19,885 nt of DNA, from the NCBI GenBank assembly GCA_051294375.1, contig JBJCIZ010001342.1:1-19885 (forward strand). The letters run 5' to 3'. This stretch comes from Paraspadella gotoi. Its lineage: Eukaryota; Animalia; Chaetognatha. The position numbers and the translations under genes are program-made. Positions within the stretch are counted from its first letter, which is position 1; every line of letters begins with the position of its first letter. This document shows positions 1-10,289 of the stretch, in pieces. The notes below the pieces were generated by a model. It was given only the letters and a program-made list of their open reading frames with translations, ran no database searches and had not been told where the DNA came from.

Positions 1-488
1 CCCGTAGAGAGAGATTGTAGATAAAATGGGCGGAGACATGAATCATGTAGCAAGTCAAGAGGGAGACTACTTTCCACACTAAAAATTAGAAACTTTCTTA
101 AAAAATAGTCAACTTTAAACTAAAATTATAAAATTTCGCAAATATAACATTTTAAATGCTTACCTACTGTCAACGAATCATTGGTAGTATTCCTCACAGT
201 TTTAGGTAAGAACGTCTTCTTTTATACCTTTGGGCTAAGGAAAAGTCAATAAAGGACTGACCACATTAATGAGCAGCGAACGTTAAAAATACATTGATAA
301 GTAGATACTGTCGTAGCGACAAAAATTCTTATGTTATATCTTACGCACTAAGTATGATTATTGTACTAGTTATTAATATATACTCTGTATGTATCTCTCT
401 ATATATAGGCATAAGCTCTTCCAATGCTAAGTTTAGTTTCTTTATCAGATATGACCTTTGCGTTAAAATAGTATCTTTTTCTTAGAAA

Positions 489-559
489 GGTTATTTTTAA
501 TTACTACTGTTCTCGGTTATTTTTCCCTCACTTCCGGTATTTTTCACCTTACTACTTCG
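489..559. repeat. Degenerate short tandem repeat (3 units, ~21-26 bp)
   Basis: GGTTATTTTT at 489 and 515, GGTATTTTT at 536; TTACTACT at 501 and 549. Confidence 0.4.
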
Positions 560-885
560 TGCGCGTTTAGCATAACAGATGGCCCTGTTTTAAAAATACA
601 TTTTTTAAAATACTTAGCTTTATTTTTTGATTTCATTGTTTAGCAAATTATTTTAATAAAAAATTAACAATAGGGGAAAATTTTCAGAATTTTTTTTTTT
701 AGAAAAACTTTTACAACACGAAGGAATTTGCGCTAATTGAAACTTTGACGCTTCATTGGGTTGATACGCGGTCACACTTTTTTTCCAGAATTTGCAGTTA
801 AAACTTTATCTTAATGTTTATAAAATAACGGGAAACCGAACCGAGTGAGAACTTGGGAGACAATTTTTTGATGACTGGGGAGGTC

Positions 886-917
886 TAATATATATATTAT
901 AATAATATATTATAATT

Positions 918-948
<31 letters not shown>

Positions 949-951
949 ATA
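886..951. repeat. Imperfect (TA)n microsatellite
   Basis: About 66 bp containing only A/T, mostly alternating TA. Confidence 0.9.
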
Positions 952-952
952 G

Positions 953-1126
953 AATGATTCTCGTTACTTACCCGTGCGGCCATCCAAGAGACCTTATGAA
1001 GAATCGCACCAGTCGGGGGTCTGTACAACAACCCATACCGGAACTGAAGCGGCGGAATCTCCGCGGCGGATCGTCTCAAGCTTCTTCAGACCGATGAGAC
1101 CTCACCCTCTTACTACTCGTCAAAAA
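953..1126 (+). CDS. Candidate internal coding exon (phase 0-0, 58 codons), unknown product
   Basis: GC-richer island between AT-rich flanks; AG at 951-952, AAA|GTATGT at 1127; frame open throughout (NDSRYLPVRPSKRPYEESHQ...PHPLTTRQK). No recognised homology; the acceptor lacks a pyrimidine tract. Confidence 0.2.
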
Positions 1127-1290
1127 GTATGTTAACATTCTTATACTAACTTAATTAATTCATTTTTAATATCTACAAAAAACATTTTCTTTCAAAAATA
1201 TTACTGAATTTATTCCCTTTTGTTCCAAAAAATCGTTTTACGAATTATTGACTTTATTACAATATATTCGCCATCTCTTTTCCACCCAAG

Positions 1291-1437
1291 CTTAACCGAT
1301 TTTCAATGAAACTTAAATACTCGAGATTGTCACAAAATCGTCGGCGTGTAGGAGCGGGAAAATTCCTTGTGCAAAGGCGGCGAGCGTGCTTTTCCTCCAA
1401 CGTCGCTTCCGTCAATAGTATCGTATACGTCGTGTAA
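1291..1437 (+). CDS. Candidate terminal coding exon, unknown product
   Basis: Follows the first AG after the 1127 donor (pyrimidine tract CCATCTCTTTTCCACCCAAG); continues in phase 0 for 48 codons to TAA at 1435-1437. Confidence 0.12.
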   Translation, partial: LNRFSMKLKYSRLSQNRRRVGAGKFLVQRRRACFSSNVASVNSIVYVV

Positions 1438-4161
1438 CCGCAGACGTTTGTTCCGCTGAGAACATGACGAACATTATCGAAGTTTTTAAAAAAAAACTTT
1501 ATACGTTCTTGGATTTATATCTGGCTATAATCAAGCACCAATATTATTGTGACCAGGCAAAAAAATTACACATCGGATTGCGCTTGTGAAACTGAAAAAA
1601 TTAATACGCATATTTTGAATATGTAATTAACGCAAAAAACTGAGTGTGTTGTGGTAAAAAGAAAGATCCAAAACTTTGGCCAAAAGGTAGCCATTTAACG
1701 ATAGTTTTTTCTTTTTCTATTTTCAATGTACAATTTATTACGTTTTTAGAGAGGAATTTCTATTATGACACAATGAAAAATAACGTGGACGAAACGGTCT
1801 CGTGCGATTTTGTCCCTTTAAAATCGTTTCCTGAGCCAAATTAATTGATCACTACTTTGGTAATATGTGCGATATACACTACTGCGACATATCTGTATCT
1901 GAACCTTAACCTTGACCTCAAACAAAAAAGCTAACTAGATCAAAAATAGTAAAAAAGATGGAAGCAATATAGGCTCGAAAACGCTTAAAACAATTTTAGG
2001 ACCATTGCTTTTTATAAATGCAAAAAAAATATTATATTCATTAAAACAAAAACTTTAACGATAACGCTAATAGTTATACCGAGAACCAAGATGAATATTT
2101 TTACGCCTCATTTCCTCATTTAATTGAATCATTGTTTGTAATTAGTCAAATTTAATCTAAAATAACAATTGACAAATTCATTTTCAATTTTTCTTTATGA
2201 ATGGATGTTTTCTCTCTTACTCCCCTGTGTGTCTAATTATTTAATATTTAAAGGTATTTCAAAAAACTTATATAATTACTAGATTTTCTCACTTTTTTTT
2301 CAATTCTTTCAAACAAAAACAACATCATAAAAACATTTTTAAATTATTAAAACAAATTGATTGATTGATTTTGGAAAAAAAATATTTGTAAACTTGAGAA
2401 ATCAATGGATTATGAGTCAGGAAAAAAATTTTTGCAATTCTAAAAAAATCAAGCCTCTTGCCTTGTCGATTTTCTAGGAGGTGATTTTTTTATTTTTTTG
2501 ATATTTTTAATTTTCTATGGCAAAACCATTTATTCTCATGAGCATAGGTTGGATGAAATTTTTTTTCCCAACCAATTTTGAATAAATTTCAACTTTTTCT
2601 AATTAGGCTTTTTGCGGGGAAATAAAATAAATAAATTATTATACGATGGGTACATCTTGAAAGGATATGTCTCTCAATGACGAAAAAAGAATTAAGAGTT
2701 TTTTTTGAAATTTTAGTATTGTACAACAGAAATAAGTGAGATACTCCCGCTTGCCGAAATTTTTATTTAACAAAGATTTGTACTGCGTAATTTTAAAAAA
2801 CGTTATTTTTTAAATAACTTTTTGAAAGAAAAGAGCGGTAGGCATAGGTGGGATGTTGGTATCAAATTAAGCCGTAATCATGGGCACGCTTTCTAAAGAG
2901 TTATTTATTAATATTAAATTCCATAAATATTTACACAGCTTTTGTTTAACATCAGAGTTTAAAAGTATAACAGTTTTTTGCTTTACAAAATTTCAATGAG
3001 GACAATATGAAATTTTTTTCTTTTTTCTTTTGTAATTTTGAAAAGGAAAGATGAATACATTTTGTTTATTATTAAAATTTTTTTTATTCCATAAATGCTT
3101 ATATTTTTCAGATGTTAAAAGTAAAAAACAAGCAAAAATTTATGTTGTAGCGTTGATAAAAATGACATATTTTTATAAATATTAAATAATGATAATACAA
3201 AAATGTATTTTCCAGCTTGAGTATAAAACAGTGCTGGACATAGCTACCTCTTGTCTGGAAAAAAAAAATTCAAGTCATTTTTCATTATCTTTAAAACTGC
3301 CAAACTAAAAGCTTGACATAACTGCTTTGTTTATCATATTGAAGAGTTGAAAAAATTATATAGCTCTGGTACATATTTGAAAAGCAAACATCTATTGTGT
3401 TAGATTGTTGTATTATAATTTTTATAAATATAGCAAGGAGATTTAATGTTTATTATTTATCAATCCATTTTAATTTAAGAAAAAATATTTGTCTGTGTAA
3501 AGCCGATTGGAAAGGGTTCATTGACTGACTAAATGATGAAATTTTTTTAGATTTCTTTACTGCTCCCATTTCACGAAGATGATTAAAAGGTCATGGTTAT
3601 CATGTCATAAGTCCAGATTATCTGTAACCCTTCTGCCAAACCTGCATTCCAATTTTTTTGTTTTCGCCTTGTCAATGTATTAAATAAAAAAAAATTAATT
3701 TGAGAGAACAATTCGGTGTGGAGGATGCCATTGGTAAGTTACCGCCACCCTTTCCGATCGAATTTTTTAAATGAGGTTATTTTTTCCATCTATTTGAGAC
3801 AATACACTAACTAATTAGTACTATTATTTTTTGTATTTTTTTCTATACAATTCCTATGAATAAATATGAATTAAGTAACTTTTTTTAAAAAAAATTTATC
3901 ATCTTTCACCGTATATTTCAGTCATATCAAAAAAACAAAAAAAGATTTTGTCATTGAATAATTTTGGATATCAGCATATGAAACTATAACGTTTCAAAAT
4001 AATAAAAAAAATATAAAATATTGAACAGTGAATTTTTTTTTTATGCACGGAACTGTAACGTTACGGTCCATTTTTCCATTGTGTCTTATACTCATGTATT
4101 TTCAGCGAACTCAACGTCACATCTTTTCTCTCTACGACACGATAACCCTTTCGCCTCTGAT

Positions 4162-4183
4162 GAACTGAAGCGGAACTGAAGCT
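4162..4183. repeat. 11-bp tandem duplication
   Basis: GAACTGAAGCG GAACTGAAGCT. Confidence 0.7.
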
Positions 4184-4207
4184 CCAGCACAACCGGACGA
4201 TCCTCTC

Positions 4208-4243
4208 GGCGCCGGGATCAGTTTTGGCGCCGGAAATCGTTTT
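4208..4243. repeat. Imperfect 18-bp tandem duplication
   Basis: GGCGCCGGGATCAGTTTT GGCGCCGGAAATCGTTTT. Confidence 0.65.
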
Positions 4244-4481
4244 CCCTCAGGTCTAGTCGAGTTAATCATGATAGTCTATGATTGAACTGCAGCTTTGAAA
4301 TTATATATTATAAAATTATTATTACATTATTTCAATAAAATTATCAAATTAAACAGAACAAAATCGGCATCTGGCGTTTTCTCGCTTTGCTGTACAACCG
4401 GCGTCGTTCGAAGGTCACCGTTTACTTAGACGCCATTCGATTAAGTCCCGACCTGACTTTGCGGGTAAGTGGGATGGTTCG

Positions 4482-4508
4482 TGGTCACATCACTGGTCAC
4501 ATCAGTGG
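4482..4508. repeat. 12-bp tandem duplication
   Basis: TGGTCACATCAC TGGTCACATCAG TGG. Confidence 0.75.
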
Positions 4509-4681
4509 GAGAAGATTTGTTTGCTTAATTAATTATAAACGTTCCGATAATAACGCATCTCTCCAATTTTTTCCTATTCATCGCAGAATTTAGACGGCGG
4601 ACGCTTCCGCGGAATGTTCAACGCCGAAATAGTCTTCGGAAGTGATGGAGAACGTCAGTTACCATGTTTTATCACTAATTA

Positions 4682-4688
4682 CATATAC

Positions 4689-4722
<34 letters not shown>
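4682..4722. repeat. Compound (TA)n(TG)n microsatellite
   Basis: TA run directly followed by a TG run; continuous purine/pyrimidine alternation. Confidence 0.92.
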
Positions 4723-5075
4723 AAACTAAAACGACGTTGTTTAGGTTAAATATCAAGTCTCTAAAATCAAACAGGAATCGTTCGTTGTTCGTCCGATAGC
4801 GATTGCTCCGCCTTCATTCCCGATTCATTTGCCAAATCGATGTGCGATCGAAAGTCAGGAAAATGCAAAGGAAAGTTATAATCTTAAAATGTTCGGATAA
4901 GTTAAACAATGAAATCAAATTACAGTAAATGTTATGGGTAAAGGCCTGGATTTAGTACAATTTCCTTAATTTTTCATCTCTTGCTTCTCACCAAGAGAGA
5001 ACGAGATGTCAATCGGTTCCCGAAAAGTGGTCGACCTCTTGTGATGAAGATCATCCGGTTTGTGTCACGGATGAA

Positions 5076-5111
5076 GCCGGAAGTGGAACGAGAAGTGGAA
5101 CCGGAACTGTA
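5076..5111. repeat. Degenerate 12-bp tandem repeat (3 units)
   Basis: GCCGGAAGTGGA ACGAGAAGTGGA ACCGGAACTGTA. Confidence 0.6.
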
Positions 5112-6017
5112 ATTAGAGCCGGATTTTATGCGCGGATGTTGAACGCAAGAAACGACGAAAGTCTCGGAGAAAACGGACTCTGTTATGGGAAAAAGTCCTT
5201 TCGCCGACGCCGAGGAAGCACGCGGCGGATGTCGCGGAAGAAGAACTTTGTCGACCGCCCTGGAGAAGCCATTCTTGATAACATCTTCGATGGACGACGA
5301 ACGAGAGCTTCACTTTAGGAACTCACAACCCGTCCTCTCCTATTGAAAGCGGTGAGGAACCTCGTTTCTCGACCTTCATCGCAGAGGCCAAGAGGCTCGT
5401 CCCCGTGACGGAGGGCACTTTGTCGACGCTATTTTGCTTGAGAAGAAGTATCAGTCCGGATTTTGAAGGTGCGGACCACCGAGGACAATGATCATGAGAA
5501 CAAGGCTGGAAGCAGATCCGCGACGGGCGTGTTTTGGAGGGCGCATCTCCGGCCTCGCATCTCGGAAGCGGCGATCGAAAATATCGTAAGAGTCGGCGAA
5601 GAGCCGACTGGTGGATGGCGCATAGGGAGGCATTCCGTTGACGAGGGCATAACTATCGCAAAAACGGCGTTCGTCCGCGCAATCGCTGGACGCATAAGTG
5701 TAGATCACGTGATCGGGGATCGAGAAGGCAATGAAAGTTTATTGAGTCTAACAAACATTAAACTTTTTTCACCAATGATTCAATTTAACAAAAAACTCGT
5801 ACGGACGATTTGTTAAATGGTTATTAGGATTTTATTTGCTGTACTGACTTTTATACGCTTTAGAATTTTTTTTCTCTTTACTGTCAGTGTTTATTTTTGG
5901 CCTTTCTATATAAGCGTAAAAAAGAAGAGTAGGAATCCTTTCCGTTTTGTTTATTTACATTAATACGCAAATTTAGTTAAAAGGCGTAAAAGCAAAGGGC
6001 AGCTGCAAAACCAGCAA

Positions 6018-6142
6018 TCTCTCCTCTCTCTCTTCTCCTATCTCTATTCCTCTCTCTCTCTCTCATCCTCCTCTCTCCTCTCCTCCTCTCTCTCTCTCTT
6101 CTCTCTCTCATCCTCTCGCCTCCTCTCTCTCTCTCGCCTCCC
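6018..6142. repeat. Imperfect (CT)n microsatellite
   Basis: About 125 bp almost purely C/T with many single-base interruptions. Confidence 0.9.
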
Positions 6143-6592
6143 GAAAAAGTAGAATAACCTTCTATTGGCCACCGTCACACACGTTTTAAATTCATCTTAT
6201 TCTCTTATCTAGTGTCTCTTTATAGTTTTAATTTCTCCGTTACTTTTTACCCATTGTTTCCTCATTGCTTTTCTTCTGTTTCATATCTCCCTTCCTCCCC
6301 CATTTTCTTCCATTACCTGACCTCTTTTGCCCTCTTCCTTCTCCTCCTGCATCCAATCTCCAGCAGAAATAGGAAGAATTCAAGTTTTTCAGACCGGAAA
6401 TCGTTCCAGATTCGACGGCGCGCAGAGGGGCGTATGCGGTGCGACCCCGTTTGCCAGGCATACATTACCGCGACCCGACGCACGCTCGTATCGCTATGGA
6501 ACCAAGAGATGGGAAAAAGAGAAGCCACGCCCCATTACTCATAACTTTCACCGGAATTTGTAGGGAATTGCAGAAAGGTCTTTAAATGATCA

Positions 6593-6930
6593 AAGAGAGA
6601 GAGGGAGAAAATAGAGCCGGAGAGACCTCGCGTCGGAGTCCTATCCGAGTTGAGCGGGTTAGAGGAGGGAGAGAGGAGGGAGAGAGCAGACGATGCTGAA
6701 TCACAGCGGTGTTGGAATGGTTCGGAGTGGCTGCACTGAGCGACTTGCGAGACGGGCAGGTACGAGACGTCAGGAGGACGTGTGAGGAGAGGGTCGCCTA
6801 ACCGAGGGACGAGATCGAGAGGAGAGAGAGCGAGAGTGAGCGAGAGAGAGACCAGGATCGTATCTGGTATGACGACAGGAGAGAGATCGAGAGAAGAGAG
6901 ATAGGGAATCGCTGGAGAGAGAGAGAGAGA
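6593..6930. repeat. GA-rich low-complexity region
   Basis: Several GAGAGA runs interspersed with unique sequence; GAGATCGAGAG recurs at 6811 and 6883. Confidence 0.7.
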
Positions 6931-7436
6931 ATCTTCGGCCGCTATGCCCTTATTCACACCGCATCCCGCTTGGGACTTCAGTTCTTTAATTGGTTTACTT
7001 AGTGATAATCGAGACCAAACGCCGAAGGGGGTTTTTCCTTATCTCTTTCTATTTGAGGTTGCCTTCTTTTTCTTTCTCCTTTTCGGACACCCAGTTTTTT
7101 TGTTTTTTTTTTGTGTTTGGTTTTTTATTTATTCTTCAAACTATTGTACTGGAAATAAGTCCAAATTATTACACCAACTGATTTTAGCAAGGTATCTTTA
7201 AATTAATTACATTACACCAATATTTAATTTAACCTTTACACAAATCCTAACAAATCTTAGAAATTTTAAAATGTAATTTAGACTCTGTCAAAAATTTGAT
7301 CACAATTTTATAACTCAAAGAAAGTTTTCAAGCCTGAATAGTGAAAGCCGAATCACCAAAATCTTTTTTTTTTCTTTTACATCTTGTTTCGGCCTACCGG
7401 AATTTTCGAAGCCGATGCTATTATGTTTCGCCTTAG

Positions 7437-7645
7437 ACGTCGACAGCAGCGAAGACAACGACCGCCGACGAAATGAAATCGCGACGACGGGAAAAACGAC
7501 GCGACGTCGGCAGAGGATCGATGACCGCAGGGACGATTACAATGATGACGAAGGACGTGGTGTCGTGAGGCGACGATTGACACTGATGCGACTACAGACT
7601 GATGACGAAGACCCTGACGATAAATGCTTGATGATAATGACAATG
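7437..7645. repeat. Degenerate GAC/GAT trinucleotide-rich region
   Basis: Recurrent GACGAC, GATGAC and GATGATAATGAC; explains the D/R-rich ORF 7415-7657. Confidence 0.6.
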
Positions 7646-8004
7646 ATCGAAGTGTAAAAAAAATTCCGTTGTGGGATATAGGACAGCTCTGGCCGCACAC
7701 ATCTGATTACGCTAATATAATTCCGGCGACGAATATTATATTATCTATACCGTTTAAGAATAGTCTCACATAACAGAGATGTCAAACCGATAAATAAACC
7801 CAACCGACGACGCAATCGCGAACATCGAACCCACACAACGTCCACGAACCTTCAACTTAACCGACCATTGAAGACGTCTTGCGACGAAATTTGGTTCGCC
7901 CATCGATCGAATGAAACCTTGGAGGATGCTGATGAGAAAATCCAGATCTAGGGAATGTCATGTACTTTGAGACGAGGAGGTATTCCAGAGGCGGACCACG
8001 GACG

Positions 8005-8210
8005 GAGAGAAAGCAGAGAGAGTGAGCAGAGAGATGAGAGCTGATGAAGAAGAGAGAGACGAAAAGAGAGAGAAGAATGAGAGAGGAGGGAGTGACGGAG
8101 AGAGGAGAGGAAGAAGAAAGGATAGAGCAAATAGAGAGAAGAAGCAGAGACGGAAGAGATGAGAGTGAGGATCTCGACAGAGAGAAGGATAGACGACAGA
8201 GAAAAAAAAA
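8005..8210. repeat. Degenerate (GA)n purine tract
   Basis: About 200 bp dominated by GA/GAA/GAG. Confidence 0.8.
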
Positions 8211-9009
8211 ATATAGATGAAGATAAGGGCCGAACTGGAAGAATGTTGTAAAATTAATGCTGCGGGAATAAAAAAAGTATGCGAAAATAAATTTCTTAAA
8301 ATTTAATTAATACTTATGGATTACAAACTTAAGTAAATCCCATTTCCTTTAAAAGGCGTGATTTAAGCCCGACATTCCACTGCCAGGCCCCACGACTTAA
8401 ACTTACCTTACCCCCTCAAAACAAAACAAGCGCATAAAAAAATTTTACCCACGAGCACGGAACCAAAAAAAAAAAAATCTGCAAAAATAAAGCGTTCGTG
8501 CGAAAAAAACTGAAAGGACAAATTATGGAGAGAAAAAAGACGAAGAAAGCGAGTGGTCGAAAAACCGGGAATCTCACGGGGTGAGAGAAAGAGTGACGAG
8601 GGAAAAAGCATTCGCGGCGCCTGCGAGGCCGGTTGCCGCCGCGCGAGAAGGTGAGAACAAACGCTGCGGCACTTCGGACTCGCCACTACACATACTCCGC
8701 GAAGGTGCCTTCCGCGATGTTAGCCAGTTGCGCGGGCGTATTCGGAGCCCAGCCGCTTTGACCGCTAACGGAATCCAAGACCCATGGTAGCGCGAACCGG
8801 AAAATCCAGAGCCTAATGAACACGAAAAAAAAGCAAACAATTGGAACGTTGAAAGCATAACACTAATGCATGTGAGAAAAACTGAGGAGTTGGAATTTGA
8901 ATAGCTACTCCAAGTCGATACTTTGAAACTGTCCCAAGGAAAACCCTGGGGCATGGAAAATGGGGACAAAGAAAAAACAAAACAAAAGAGGGGTGTTGAT
9001 AAAAAAAAG

Positions 9010-9132
9010 CAAAGTAAAGAGAAGAAAGAAAGAAAGATAAGAAAGAAAGACTTAAGAAAGACAAGAAAGAAAAAAAGAAGAAAGAAAGAAAAAAAGAAAG
9101 GAAGAGAAGAAAGAAAGAAAGAAAAGAAAAAA

Positions 9133-9163
<31 letters not shown>

Positions 9164-9196
9164 AGAAAGAAAGAAAAGAAAGAAAGAAAGGAAAGA
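9010..9196. repeat. Imperfect (AAAG)n tetranucleotide repeat
   Basis: Long AAAG run; source of the K/E/R-rich + ORF and the F/L/S-rich - ORFs. Confidence 0.9.
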
Positions 9197-9412
9197 ATGT
9201 GTAAAAGATAAAAGAAAAATATAGCCAGCGATGATAAGCAAAACAAACCTTTCTTCCTAGAAAAACTGCTGTTAAAACTTCTGACGTGGAAAACAAAAAA
9301 TGGAAATCTGGAAAACGGTTCGATCTGACCCGATTAACAACATTCATTGAGAAATATGCGCTATAGAAAGACGAAAACCTGTGAATGAAAAAACAGTGAA
9401 AAACCAGATAAC

Positions 9413-9481
9413 CTTCCCCTCTTCCCTCCCTGATTCCTCTATCCTCTTTCCTCCTCCTTTACTTCCCCTCCCTTTCTTTCT
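9413..9481. repeat. C/T-rich low-complexity tract
   Basis: CCTTCCCCTCTTCCCTCCC...CCTTTCTTTC, nearly all pyrimidine. Confidence 0.7.
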
Positions 9482-9651
9482 GCTCATCTGAATTTAGAAA
9501 TAAATTCCGTATCTTACTGAACAGAAAAAAAGTTTAAAAAAATAAATAAAAAACGCATCAGTTTCTCTTTTAACTAGTTTTCCTTCATTCATTCAGCATA
9601 TTTGAAATAGAGGAAGGATGAGAATGAAAAAATTTTCTCTTTTCTTCCTGA

Positions 9652-9775
9652 CGAGAGAAGATGGAGAGACGGATGAGGAGAGGAGAGACGACGCGACGAG
9701 ATGAGCAGTGATAGAGAGAGGAGACGAGACACGATAAGAGGGAGAAGAGCGAGGAGAGAGACGCCTTCGAGAGAA
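9652..9775. repeat. GA-rich low-complexity tract
   Basis: Recurrent GAGAG/GGAGAG/GAGAC. Confidence 0.65.
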
Positions 9776-10106
9776 CGCTTTCGAAACGTCCGCTCTCAGC
9801 GTTTTCTGGTTTTTACCGTCTTGGCCAAACAAAGGCTGTGAAGCTAAGACCCCGGCAATTTGCGTCGGCAGGCCCACGTCTGGTACAGAGCCTCGCGTCG
9901 AGGCCCAGCATGAGTCTTCATACTCCACGATCGGCAGCATACGCCACGCGTGAAGCTATTTTACGACGAACTAAACCACGACGCTATCGGCAAGCGGTGG
10001 TGTCGACCGTCCGCCATCTCCACCACCACTTTCGTCTCCCCAACAAACATCCTTCGTCCCAACGACCTTGGCCCGCCCTGTTATTCATAATCCCTTTCTA
10101 TACGAC

Positions 10107-10192
10107 TTCTCTTGTCTCTTTTCGCTCCTCCCTTCCTCCCCCCTCCTTCGACTCTCCTCACCTCTCTCTCCCTCCTCCCACCCACTTCCCCT
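10107..10192. repeat. C/T-rich low-complexity tract
   Basis: CTCCTCCCTTCCTCCCCCCTCC-type sequence. Confidence 0.7.
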
Positions 10193-10289
10193 CGTCGCCC
10201 ACCGGCCAGCGCATTCTATTTGTTTAACGCTTTGAGTAACGGCAAAAAACCTATCGCCAGAAATCAGCCTTAAGCACCACTACTATAAA

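Noticed and set aside
1144-1150. TACTAAC yeast-type branch point after GTATGT
   Set aside because: Only 17 nt from the donor and ~140 nt from the next AG; poor geometry for a branch site.
1902-1918. AACCTTAACCTTGACCT as a telomere-like repeat
   Set aside because: Under three imperfect units and not the TTAGG or TTAGGG period.
4106-4250. Exon-like segment between TTTTCAG and CAG|GTCTAG
   Set aside because: All three + frames contain a stop; it could only be non-coding.
7415-7657. Acidic D/R-rich 80-aa ORF
   Set aside because: Explained by GAC/GAT low complexity; no domain recognised.
8574-9347. 257-aa F/L/S-rich membrane-like ORF and the opposite K/E/R-rich ORF
   Set aside because: Translations of the (AAAG)n tract, which lacks stop codons.
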